Part shown: piece after piece, positions 1 through 11,855 of the stretch | Position numbering within the stretch: position 1 is the stretch's first letter | Layout: the number at the start of each line of letters is the position of its first letter | Assembly: GCF_035594765.1 (NCBI RefSeq) | Contig: NC_085845.1 | Coordinates: forward strand, 190,046,897-190,110,896 | DNA from: Anolis carolinensis | Lineage: Eukaryota | DNA: 64,000 nt | Direction of reading: 5' to 3' | The notes under the pieces: model-generated | What the model saw: only the letters and a program-made list of their open reading frames with translations | Databases searched by the model: none | Told to the model about the DNA's origin: nothing | Position numbers and translations under genes: made by a program

Positions 1-559
1 GGAGAGGGAAGAAGGGAGGGGAGGAAATGTCTGATGTAGAAAAAGAGTGAAGAGGAATGTGCCGTGGTTAAAAATGTACAGGCTAAATAAATAAATAAAA
101 GTCATTAAATTATATGACCCAACAAGTTTTCTATCCCCTGTGCCATTTCCATCTCTTTTGTCTAAAGACAATTTCTGTCCAGACTCCTTTTTTTTCACGA
201 TAGCCATATAGAAAAACAGGGTTTATATGTGTGTTAATACAGCAAAGGTGGGGGTGTGGACTGCAATCCCCATCATGGTTCACCCCTGACCATGTTAGAT
301 AGAAGCAATAGGAACTACCAGATAAAGAACTCATTCCATGTACAGATGTTTCCTCTATCAACAGATACTGTAATAGATGTGAGAATGCATATCTTCAGAA
401 GAACCATATTGATGAAGAGTAGATGCTGGGGAGAAATAGTCTGAGATGGCTGTTGCCTCCAGGACCCTCGCCATCTAGGCATCTGATCTATTGTTGTGAA
501 AATCAGTTTGAGTAGCTGTCTACTTTTATACAACAGGCTTATGCTGGATGCATCTCCAC

Positions 560-694
560 CAGTGGTTCTCAACCTGTGGGTCCCCAGGTGTTTTGGCCTA
601 TAACTCCCAGAAATCCCAGCCAGTTTACCAGCTGTTAGGATTTCTGGGAGTTGCAGGCCAAAACATCTGGTGACTCATAGGTTGAAAACCACTG
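560..694. mobile_element. hAT non-autonomous fold-back MITE with SPIN-like termini
   Basis: TIR CAGTGGTTCTCAACCT..AGGTTGAAAACCACTG; 8-bp TSD atctccac/atgtacac. Confidence 0.85.
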
Positions 695-747
695 ATGTAC
701 ACTATGGAATTATTGTAGTTTGACACCACTTTAACTACCCTACCCTC

Positions 748-781
<34 letters not shown>

Positions 782-870
782 TATTTATACCCCGCCACCA
801 TCTCCCCGTGGGGACTCGGAGCGGCTCACAACGTTACAAAAGTAACAGCACAAATACATTAAACAATATA
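748..870 (-). mobile_element. L2 LINE 3' tail with (AAT)n
   Basis: Reverse complement of the tail motif tgtgagccgctccgagtccc..ggggagatgg.gcggggtataaataaa-(tta)n, also seen at 21798. Confidence 0.75.
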
Positions 871-1274
871 CACAGTTTAAAACACAAGAAGATGATAAAT
901 CAGAAGTTAAAACAAAGGTTTAATAGATTCATAGATTCAATGCTATGGATTCATGGGAACTGTAGTTTTACACAGTCTTTAGCCGCCTCTACCAAATAAT
1001 TCTGGTGCCTCAACAAACTGCAATTTCCATGATTCCAAAGCATTGAATCATGGCTGTTAAAGTAGTATCAAACTGCATTAATTCTACCATGTGGATACAC
1101 CTGCTATATTCTTACACAGGGCCTCACACAGCTCAGCTGTTGTAGAGTAGGCTGTCAATTAACAAATGGACCACAGGACCCCTGTGAATATGGGAAAACT
1201 GCATTTTTAATTTTAAAAGAACCCAAGAGAACACATATCTGCAATCTCTAGGTCATCCAGGGTGACTTCATAGT

Positions 1275-1590
1275 TATCCTTCCCCAGAACAAATCAGACC
1301 TGAACTATCTGTAGCAGCCAAGATGATAAAACTGAGGCTGTTATACTTTGGCCGTTTCATGAGAACAGATGACTCACTAGAAAGGATGATGATGCTTAGC
1401 AAAGTGGAGAGAAGTAGGTAAAAAGGAAGATCACATTCAGGGTGGATAGACTCACTCAATCAGGGAAGCCATGGCTCTGAGTCTGCAAGACCCGAAGAGA
1501 GCTTTTGAAGACAGGTTGACTTACAGGTCTCTCTTGCATAGGGTTGCCGTAAGTCGAAATCCACTTTTGAAGGCAGTTAATGGCAACAAT
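1275..1590 (+). mobile_element. RTE/Bov-B-type LINE 3' fragment
   Basis: Degenerate KLRLLYFGRFMR..DSLERMMML.KVE RTE C-terminus, followed by the tail gggttgccgtaagtcg..gaaggcagttaa. Confidence 0.75.
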
Positions 1591-3293
1591 AAAGATAAGA
1601 CAGGAAACACAGTTTGGAGACTGATTTACTTGAAAGAGATGGAGGATGAGAGGGCAACTTGCAACAACTGACTAAATAGGGTTTAGGACCCCCGAAAACC
1701 TTTTTGTCAAAGTTGCCCTGAAATAGGCTCTAGGAAGAATGGAATATATTGTGCCATATTTTTATTCCCAGGAAATGTGTTCGCAAAAAAATGGGAAGTG
1801 AACCGGAGGTGAACCAGAATGCATAAAGGCTGTTTGAGGGCATCTGTGGGGCAAAATGTTGATTTTATGTGGAAGGTGCAACAGAGGTGTAGCCCTATGG
1901 GGAAAATGCACCCCCATCAACTGACAGTTCCCCACCCCTGGTATCGAGGGGATCGGGAAGAACTCTCCAAGGTTCTCACACCATGAATCAAGTTATTTTC
2001 CCCAAGAGTGGAATTCCTGCATTTACACAAATCCCTCCACCTGAGAAAGGAGAGAGGTTTGTAAAGCTAAAGATCCTCTTCAATCCAGCTAGCCTAAAAG
2101 GAGAACGAGGTAGGAGGCAAGAATTTGACAGTGCAAGTCGTTTTAACAATCTACAAAGATGCCCGGTGCTAGTAGAGCTTGTGCCTTGCATTACCCATTC
2201 TAATTGGCCGCAATTGCTGCCTTGGGAATGGCATCACATTTAATAGGAATGAAAGCCATTCGACTTTGTTCTGTAGAAATTTGCGTGGCTGGGATACAGA
2301 GTGTCAAAGGACTGAGAAAACCAGATGTATAGATGTTGGCGGACTGGGCTGGGGAGGGGAAAGCCTTGGTACTTTCTAAGGATGCTTTTTAAATTGGAAT
2401 GGAGTTAAAGGAGATCTCCGCATCTTTACCTCCTTTCTGTGTATTGATGTGCTAAGAGAGCAAAAACCTACCTGGGCTCATATAGAGTGTTTCCTTGCCA
2501 CATCCAGTATCTTATGCATTCATAAGAAATTTACCACGAAATAGTAGATTTTACAAACTGGTCAGCTCAAAGAGCCAGCTTGAGTAGAAAAGGGGCTAGC
2601 TATTTGGGGTACTTTATGCCCAGATATCCAAGTGGGTTCTTGGATATCGCTTGCTTGCTTTCTCCATTTTCAGACTCTACCCAGTGTGGCACCTTTACTT
2701 TCTAACCACTGCTGCAGCCAGTTTATAGAATGTGAGTAAAAATATTCTGATCCTTCTCAGTTTTAATTAATTAACCAATTAATTAAATTTATATCTTATA
2801 GGACTCAATGTGGTTTGCAAGAGGTTCAAACAATGTACAGCATTAACAAACCTAGCAGGAGTACCATATGATTGTACACAGGGAGCCTAAACCAAGCCCA
2901 ACTACAGGGAGCAAAAGCTGTTAAAAAGGTGGGATAACAGAGGATAATTGGGACTGTAGCTGCCAAATCAAAACTGGTGGAAGGTATGATATATTGGTTT
3001 ACTTTGTTAAAATGCTTTCAAATTAAAGTATTTTAATTTCAAATACTTCAGAGCAAGCTTTTCTACCCAGGGACTGGTGAGCTGCCAAAAATGTGAAACA
3101 ATCAATCAGGAAGTGTTCAAGAGAGACAAAGCAAGCATTAGTTTTTGCCTGAAAGAGGAGGATCGGGGTCACAAAAAAACCCAACTTTTGATGCAATATG
3201 CAGCCCTTGAGCCACATTTTGTCTCACCTGATATAACACAGATTTCCATATCACTTTCTTCTAGGTTTCCAGAAGTGCTTAGAGAGTCTATGC

Positions 3294-3343
<50 letters not shown>

Positions 3344-3350
3344 CAACAAT

Positions 3351-3680
3351 AAGGTAAAGGTAAAGGTTTCCCCTGACATAAGTCCAGTCATGTCTGACTC
3401 TGGGGATTGGTGCTCATCTCCATTTCTAAGCCGAAGAGCCGGCATTGTCCGTAGACATCTCCAAGGTCATGTGGCCAGCATGACTGCATGGGGCGCCGTT
3501 ACCTTCCTGCCGGAGCGGTACCTATTGATCTACTCCCATTTGCATGTTTTCGAACTGCTAGGTTGGCAAGAGCTGGAGCTAATAGCGGGTGCTCACTTTG
3601 CTCCTGGGATTTGAACCTGGGACCTTTCGGTCTCCAAGTTCAGCAGCTCAGCGCTTTAACGCACTTCGCCACCGGGGCTC
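3351..3680 (-). mobile_element. Sauria SINE
   Basis: (ACCTTT)n tail read as aaggtaaaggtaaagg; tRNA-like head; near-identical to copies at 27190, 29457, 43222, 53145 and 61346; sits in an (AAT)n/L2 tail. Confidence 0.9.
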
Positions 3681-5549
3681 TTAATAGGGTTAATAACAAT
3701 AACAATAATAATAATAATTCTTACCTGCCTCTCCTCGTGGCTCAAGGCGGGTTACAACATCGCTAAATATGACTGTATATCACTGAAGACAACCAATTAC
3801 AGTACCACTATTTGTTTGAATAGAAGCATATTGATGTAATTTTTTTGGCCAGAGTTATACACAAAATGAAGGGGATGGTGGAAGATTCTAGTTTTGGACT
3901 GTCATGATCCTGAGTCTATGCCCACAGATAAAACGGAGTTGATGCTTCCATCATCCAAGATAATTTTGGGGAGTTCCACCACCCAAGCATTTACTTCTTA
4001 TCGGTAAGAATGGGGTAGACTATAAATAGGTTCTTCTACTATGCAAAAGATCCATGAACCTACAGGGATCATAGGCCAGTCCTATGCAGATGACAGGAAA
4101 GATCTCTCTTTGCTGGGGACTCAAAAATACTTCTGCTAGAGCAGACAATACAAGGTTGGATGATCTGATGTGAAGCCTTACATTCTGGATCACTGTGTGT
4201 CTTCCTATGGTCTAAGGCTGGCCCTGCTCATAAAGGTCTTAGGACTTAGGAGAGCTGCAGCAAAACTACTGGATCCAAACTATTGAGACAAATGTCCTGT
4301 AACCCAATGTGCCTCCAATCAATGTGGGAATTTCTCTGCTGTCAGCTTCTTTTCTGGAAATATATGGAGCTCTTTATCCTTTGTGGTGTTTCAGAATGAG
4401 TTCATTCCTGAAAAGCCTCCAGCTATTGCGATCTGCTTTTGTTCCTTATATTCTTGTAAAACCGTACTCTTGTTCTTTTTTCTATTGTTTCAAGTTTATG
4501 GTTGCAAGGTTTGCTTCACTTTAGTGTAACCTTCTTTAGAAAGGGATAAAAATACAGATGTTTTAAATAATGAGACTATTAGTCTTCGACCAACAACCTA
4601 CACACATCAGGGATAGATCAACCTCTTTCTGGGCTTGTTTCAGCTTCACTTATATTTAATTATGTGACTATATTGTGGAATTTCCATTACAAGTCTGTAA
4701 CCAGAAAAAATGCTTCCAAATTTACATTTATTTTGTATGCCATTTCCTTAATGTATGCAATTTGGAGAAGTGTTCAATCTGGGTATTTGTCAAGGAAGTA
4801 TGAATCAGATTGGTTTTCTGAGAAACCAAATGAAAATTGTCTTCAAAACTGAAGATATAATATCTATTATATGCTCTTACTTATGTTTACTTATGTTTCA
4901 GGAATTTACAACTATAGCTCTCCAAATATTCTTGGACTACATCTCCCAAGTGCTAGCTAGGGCTGATGGGAATTACAGACCAGTATCTCAAGGGTCACAG
5001 GTTTCTTGCTTCAGCTATAGCTATGAAACATGTTATTTTACTGACGTTTCTAGATAGAGTTTCATGCAGCGAATGAGTATATCCAGTTGTGCCAACATAC
5101 CTCAGCACGATTTCTATTAAAATGAACAGAAGTTCCATCAGTGTCCAGGTTGTCGCTTTCCATTATGCTCACAACAGCCTCTAACTCAATAGATTCACAA
5201 GTTAAATTTTGCTAGTCTGATACCAAGCATGCTTACTTGTGTAATTTTCAGTTTGAATGACTTTGAAGTATTGTGGTGTTACAGACCTAGTCCTGGACAA
5301 ACTGGTTGATCCCTACAAATATTCCATGTACTTGTAGCAATCCAACAAACACACCGACTGACATGGCAGGCATACTAACACAGCATCCCTCCCTCAACGC
5401 TTTATATTTTTACACTGATTTAATGGATCCGTACTAAGCTAGTGAGAGTAAAATGCTTTCATTTGTTGTATAGAGGTATTAGCTCTCTGGAAAACAACTA
5501 CCCAGAATGCTGGCAGATTGAGCATGGGTATTAATAGGATCAAAGTTTT

Positions 5550-5692
5550 TTGGGCACCTTCAAGTCATTCCTCACTTATGGTTACCCTTAGAAAAATCCA
5601 TCACAACCATTTCCTGGCAAGATTTGTTCAGAGAGGGTTTGCCACTGCTTTCCTCTGAGACTGAGAGAGCATGATTTGCACAAGGTCACATA
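5550..5692 (-). mobile_element. tRNA-derived SINE (RTE-tailed), partial
   Basis: Reverse complement of the element at 27910-28095. Confidence 0.65.
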
Positions 5693-5897
5693 GTGTGCAA
5701 CTACACAGTAGGAATTAAAGCAATTTTCCATGGTTCAATGATATAAAAACATGGGAACTGTAGTTTTACAAGGACTTAACTTTCTTTGCCAAAGAGTGCT
5801 AGTGCCTCATCAAACTACTGATCCCACAATTCCATAGCATTGAGCCATGGCTGTTAAAGTTGTGTCAAAGTGCATTAATTCCAATGTGGATGCACCC
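5693..5897. mobile_element. PIF/Harbinger-like MITE
   Basis: Same palindromic family as 546-1101; ends in gtggatgcaccc. Confidence 0.65.
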
Positions 5898-5984
5898 ATT
5901 GCTAGTGTCCATGGTTGAGCAGAAATTCAGAATCTTAACCCATTACTTAAGACACAACACTGCATTGGCTCTCTGTTCTGAGTA

Positions 5985-6165
5985 CAGGGTGTCCTGGGTG
6001 TCTGCTGGAGTTTGGTTCCAGGACCCCGTGGATACCAAAATTTGTGGATGTACAAGTCCCAATTATATACAATGGTGCAGTAAAAGGGCAAGTTCAAGGT
6101 TTCCTCATTTTCAAGTCATGGATGATTGAATCCATGGATGCAGAATCCTTGGATACAGAGTACTG
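5985..6165. mobile_element. Tc1/mariner (Tigger-like) MITE, degenerate
   Basis: TA|CAG start; ggttccaggacccc..ggataccaaaat motif shared with 60285-60460. Confidence 0.55.
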
Positions 6166-7029
6166 AATGCAAGAAATTGGTGGCACATTTAAAAAAATTT
6201 CCTCTCTATGATTTAATCATTTCACTGAACAAAGGACATATACTTCCTAAAAGAAAAAAGAGACAGAAAAAACAAGCAAGCTTCATAGTCCCTTCCCCCT
6301 TCAAGCAACAAAAGCAGCTAATTTGTAAAAGTAAGAAGTTTATAGTTTTCTCTCTCCCCTGAAGCCAAGAATTCAATTCGCAAACCACTTTTGGTATGTC
6401 GCACCTCTTCAGTTTGGCTGAGGTCCTCTGCAAGTGATGATTTACCTCACTGGTTAAACTATAAAACATTATTGAGATTTTGTATCACTTGCTTTAAGGC
6501 ACAACATTTCATCTAACGCTCTTTAAGCAAAACAATATCCGCATTACATTTTTCATATTGTAGATTGCTTTTACCTACAATGAAAGCGACAAGGCTGCAT
6601 TCTTACGAAGTTATACAAGCCCGACTATTTTGGTGTTGCACATTAACAACACTGGCCATGACATCTCACTTGTTCTTCGGGACCTTGGTTGTTTGTTTTT
6701 AAAGCACTTTTCTGCAATGTTCAACATATGCAAGAGTCAAAGACCAATAATCAAAACATTTACTTTGATTGAAATACAAAGGTGACTTATAAAACAGAAT
6801 ACACCCCTCACCCTGAAAAATTAAATACATGGAGTCTGATTCTTTGAAAAGTGTAACCACTTGACAACTTAACACTATAGGAAGCAGAGTTGTGATGGAA
6901 AGTCCACCAATCTTAAGTTCAATGAGACCAGAAAACAATGTAGCATTATTTATTGCCAAAAAGTCCCATTCCATTTATTGCCAAAAAGTGTTTTTGAAAG
7001 TCTTTTCTTTCACTGTCACTAATAAATAA

Positions 7030-7272
7030 GGGGCTGCGGTGGTGCAATGGGTTAAATTCTTGTGTTAGCTGGACTGTTGACCTGAAGGTTGAAGATTTGA
7101 ATCCATGAGATGGGGTGAGCTTCCATCTGTCAGCCCTAACTTCCCATGCGGGGACATGAGAGAAACCTTCCAGCAGGATGGTAACACATTCGGGCGTTCC
7201 CTGGGCAACGTCTTTGTAGACGGCTGATTCTTTCACACCAGAAGTGCAATTTGCTTCTGACACGATTAAAAA
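7030..7272 (+). mobile_element. tRNA-derived SINE with Sauria-like head and different 3' body
   Basis: A-box ggtggtgcaatgggttaa and B-box-like region resemble the Sauria head; ends gcttctgacacgattaaaaa. Confidence 0.65.
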
Positions 7273-7553
7273 TAACCATGCCAGGCCCAAGCCTCCCAAA
7301 TATATAGAGGTATACCTAGGCAACAAGGATTAAGCACTTCAGATGTTGTAAATCCATGGATATCCCGGAATCACCTTGAAATGTATAATTTAAGATCCTA
7401 TCAGCAATAGAAATCATATCAGTAGTGGGAATATTGCTAGAGATACTTCTAGAAGCATACTGGCAGCTGTAGCCTCAAGAGCTCACAATTTCTAATATAT
7501 GTCTCTATGGACAACAGCTGTGTTATTGACTTCCCTTTTGACTAAGTCACTAT

Positions 7554-7742
7554 GGGTAAAATTACATTGTATAATGAAACCACTTTAACTGCCATGGCTC
7601 AATGCATTGAAATCTGGGCAGCTGCAGTTTGGTGAGGAATCAGCAAAGAAGGATAAAGAGCTTGTAAAACTACAGATCCCATGATTCCATGACAGTTAAA
7701 GCAGTGCCAAATTGCATTTAATTTTCTGATGTAGATGCACCC
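7554..7742. mobile_element. PIF/Harbinger-like MITE
   Basis: Same family as 546-1101; ends gtagatgcaccc. Confidence 0.6.
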
Positions 7743-8669
7743 TACAAGTTGAAAAAGTTAAACCAAAGCAGCAACAACCTTGCATTATTTTTTCTATATA
7801 GGAGATAAAATGTATGGCAACTGGAAGTATCCCAACATGCTGTTTACCACATATTATGCTAGAGCTGTGTGTAGGTGATAAGTAACACCTGCAGGAATTC
7901 CTTCTTTCACACACCCCTAAAAGGCACAACACACCAATGCTGATCTTCACCTGGCACCTTTAATCTCAAGAGGCCATATCATGGTTCCTAATTCAATACA
8001 TATAATAGTCCTTGCTCATAAGAAAACAGTTTTTCCAGTTCTCCAAAATCTGCCGTGTTCCTCCATACAACCTTGGCATGTATTTGCCAGAGATGTTTTG
8101 CCCTTCTGCTCACTTTAGATTTGATAAGAGATCCCAAACAAACTGAAAATAGGATTTACAAGTTCACTGATTTCTGCACATCTGACCTACACCCTTCTGC
8201 CCTGCCCCCCCCCCCCTCACAAATTCCTTTAGTTTGGAGCTATTCATAGAATGAATTTCATCATTTCATAAGCTGGAGCACTTAGGCTTCATTATCAAAA
8301 GAACTAGAACAATTTCTTCAAAAATGATTCCAAGATGAAGTATTCCTTCTTCTTCCAGGAATATACAATGAAGGTTCATTTATTTTACTGAAATGTTGGG
8401 GTTCTCATCATTCCTTGAATGTTTCACCATACTAGGAACCTCAGAAGCTGCCTCAAAATATCATTTTAGATAGCATTGAGGAGCAAGACTAATACCCATT
8501 GGTATACAATGAATCAATACAGTTGGCCCACCATATCCATGGGTTCTGCACCAATGGATTCAACCAGCCACAACTCAATCCCCAAAGCAAACCATTGAGT
8601 TTTTTTTTAACGTTTTGCACAAGGGACACCATTTTACTATGCCATTGCATATATTCCATCAGTTAGAAA

Positions 8670-9004
8670 TATTTTCAGCATCTACCTCATCCCAAGTCTC
8701 TTATTAATTGCAGTACCCTGGTCATTTACTTACTTTCTAGTTTACAATATACACTCTGCACACTTTGGCCCAGTTCGTTTTTATGAACTTGCTCGGGTTT
8801 CTTAAATTATGTCAAATTATACTTTGATTCTAGTTTTATTTTTATTATGTTTAATGTGTACAATTGATGTGTTTTTATTTTCTGACTATTGTAATTACCC
8901 AGGCCTGGCCCCATGTAAGTCGCCCTGAGGCCCTTTGGGGAGATGGAGGCAGGGTATAAAAATAAAGTTATTATATCATCATCATCATCATCATCATCAT
9001 CATA
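8670..9004 (+). mobile_element. L2 3' UTR/tail inserted in a degenerate Tigger-like element (~8518-9090)
   Basis: tgtaagtcgccctgag..ggggagatggaggcagggtataaaaataaag tail followed by (TCA)n. Confidence 0.6.
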
Positions 9005-9659
9005 TAATGTAACTCAAACATCCACAGAATTTTGGTATTTATGGGGCATCTTGAAACCAAACCTCAGGGGATACCAAAGAACACTGGTTAACTTTATTAC
9101 AAGCTCTCCTGAACTTCTATTATTGAAGAGAAACCAATAAGCAGAATCCCTTGAAGGGATATATTTTTACTCCACAGAAGAGGTTTTGAGAAAATCAGGA
9201 CACCAGCTTGAAAATAATCATTTATGAATAGGAAATTGCTAAGAGATTATATAAATAAAAAGTTTACAGCCAGTGTCTCAAACTAATATAAGGCCTGAGT
9301 TTCCTATGTGAAGCTTTTTCCAGAACCCTGGTGCTATCCACTATGAAGCAGCCATGACTAAAGAAAAAAGGAACTTTTAATAGTGTGTGATACTATTATT
9401 ATTTCTTGCCCTTTTGAGGGATAAGCTTTAAATTGTTCTCAGTTCTATAGTTAATAAAATATATTTTAATACTAATTATTAATGTTTTTATCTTGGCGTG
9501 GTTTAATTTTCGTAAGCCATCTTGAATCCCAGTTCCGAGGAAAAGCTGAGCTATAAATAATTTAAATTAAATACAACTCTAGTAATAATAACAGCTCACA
9601 CAACAAAAACAAGGCCTAAGCTGTGCAAAACACAGTTAGGCAAGAACTAGACAAAATTC

Positions 9660-10150
9660 TTGAGTGCAAAGACATATCACTGAATACTAAATTAGGAATG
9701 TCCATGCCATTGTATTTCCCATTTCTATGTATGGTTGTAAAAGCTATATAGTAAAGAAGGCCAACAGGAAGAAAACAACTAATTTGAGAAGTGGTGCTGG
9801 AGAATAGTTTTGAGGCTACTGTGGGTGGCTAAAAAGATAAATAAATGGGTCTTCAAGGGGGAAAACCCTGAATTCTCCCTAGAAGCCAAGATGACTATTG
9901 TACTTTGGTCAGATGCTGTTGTACTTTGGCCCGATATTGAGAAGACATGACTCACAAGAAAAGATAATATCATTTGGTAAGGTAGAAGATAATAGGAAAA
10001 GAGGAAGACCACATTCCAGATTCCCTCAATCAGGGAAGCCTCAACCCTGAGTCTGAAAGACCTAAGTGCACCAGTTTGGATAGTGGGACTTTTTGGATGT
10101 CTCCTTCATAGCGTCACCATATGTCAGTCAACGTGAACACAGCTAACAGC
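9660..10150 (+). mobile_element. RTE-type LINE 3' fragment, degenerate
   Basis: FEKWCWRIVLRLLW motif and similarity to 1275-1590. Confidence 0.7.
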
Positions 10151-10674
10151 AAAAATCCAGTCTTTACTGTGTTTATGAGAAGAAACAGATCACCACCATA
10201 CTAATTTACAGCCATTTTTTAAAGTTGCCTTAAATTAACATTTCCTGTTAACCATTAAATACATAGCATCTTACATTATAATTGAATATGCCCTTTAGGA
10301 AACAGAGCACATGAAATTACATGAATCACTCTAATTCAGCAATGTTTTATTGCATATCATATTTTAAGCAGTATTTTTGCATGCACGAAAGGAAAGCCAA
10401 TTCTTTCATAAGTAGGATAAGGATGGAATTATTTTGCTGATTGTAACAGAATAAAATGCATAAATTGTTGTTCAGATTTATTTTTATCAAATGATGCAAC
10501 AGCTACAGAGGTCATGGTCAAGAATCAGAAATCATTAAACTGAAAATAATTGAAGAGGTCCTCTGTCATTGGAGAGTAATCTCATAAGGTCTACAAAATT
10601 CCTGCCAATTCTATGATTTGCATCCATAAAATAACTTTGAACCTGTTAGTGCAGATCCATGATCTAAACCTATA

Positions 10675-10875
10675 TTATCTGGAATCTTAGATTTGTTGAG
10701 TTGAAAGGTAATCCAAAAATCATCAAATCAAGCTTCCAACTAATGCAGGTAATCCATAGGCTAAGCATCTTCAAGAGATGGCCTACCAACTCTGTTTGAA
10801 AATCTCTCTGCAGATGAGAGCCTCCAAGACAGTTTATTTCATTGTTGAATAGCTCCAAACATTAGAAAGATGTTC
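10675..10875 (-). mobile_element. CR1 3' fragment, degenerate
   Basis: Resembles the reverse complement of the CR1 end at 40590-40757. Confidence 0.5.
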
Positions 10876-11532
10876 TTGTCATTTCTTGTAAAAAGCTTTT
10901 CTGGAGTAATGTAAGTGATTATTGTATATGTTCATGTATAAGTCTAGAAATTTGTGGCAAAAATGCTCATGTATAAGTACAGAAATTTTAGGCAAAACAT
11001 TGACTCCAAAAACCTGGGACAATTTATCCATGAGTCAACGTAAGCACTTTACCTTAGTTCTTAATCCCCTCCCCATAAGAAAGGAACCACTGAGTAGATT
11101 GGGGAAAGGCGAGGGTTTAGTCTATCTGTGGAGAACCTAAAATAAACACTGGCCTTTCCACTCTTTCTGCTGTGGTGGCCTTTTAAAACACCTGGGTGTG
11201 GAATTGATGGGCTTTGTGACATGACCCTGGTTTATCCATAGGTCATTTTAAAATCCATAATTTTGGTTCAAAACCAGCCGCCGATGTATACGTGAGTATT
11301 GGTGGTAATTTGCCTATGTAATTAATTTGGTTTTAGATTTTTGGATTTCGATATTTTAGGCAATTTTAATGTTAACTATGATTTCATGTAAGACTTTCAC
11401 TCTTCTTTACCTCTTAGGAGAAAGGGAAAATTGTAAGTGGAATATATAAGAAATGTATAAGTGAACAAAACCCACTAGTTCAGGTCCATTAATGACTGCT
11501 CTGTAGAGATCTTCTATGCACCGTTGTCTATA

Positions 11533-11855
11533 CAGTAGAGTCTCACTTATCCAACATTCACTTATCCAACATTCTGGATTATCCAATGCATTTTTGTAGT
11601 CAATGTTTTCAATACATCTTGATATTTTGGTGCTAAATTCATAAATACAGTAATTACTATGTAGCATTACTGCATATTGAACTACTTTTTCTGTCAAATT
11701 TGTTATATAACATGATGTTTTGGTGCTTAATTTGTAAAATCATAACCTAATTTGATGTTTAATAGGCTTCTCCTTAATCTCTCCTTATTATCCAACATAT
11801 TCGCTTATCCTACGTTCTGCCTGCCCGTTTATGTTGGATAAGTGAGACTCTACTG
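11533..11855. mobile_element. Tc1/mariner-type MITE (323 bp)
   Basis: TIR CAGTAGAGTCTCACTTATCCAACAT, TA TSDs at 11531-11532 and 11856-11857. Confidence 0.92.

Larger units (their letters stand above)
546..1101. mobile_element. PIF/Harbinger-like palindromic MITE interrupted by a hAT MITE and an L2 tail
   Basis: Ends resemble GGGTGCATCTACAC...GTGTAGATGCACCC; internal inverted arms are shared with seven other copies in the window. Confidence 0.65.
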
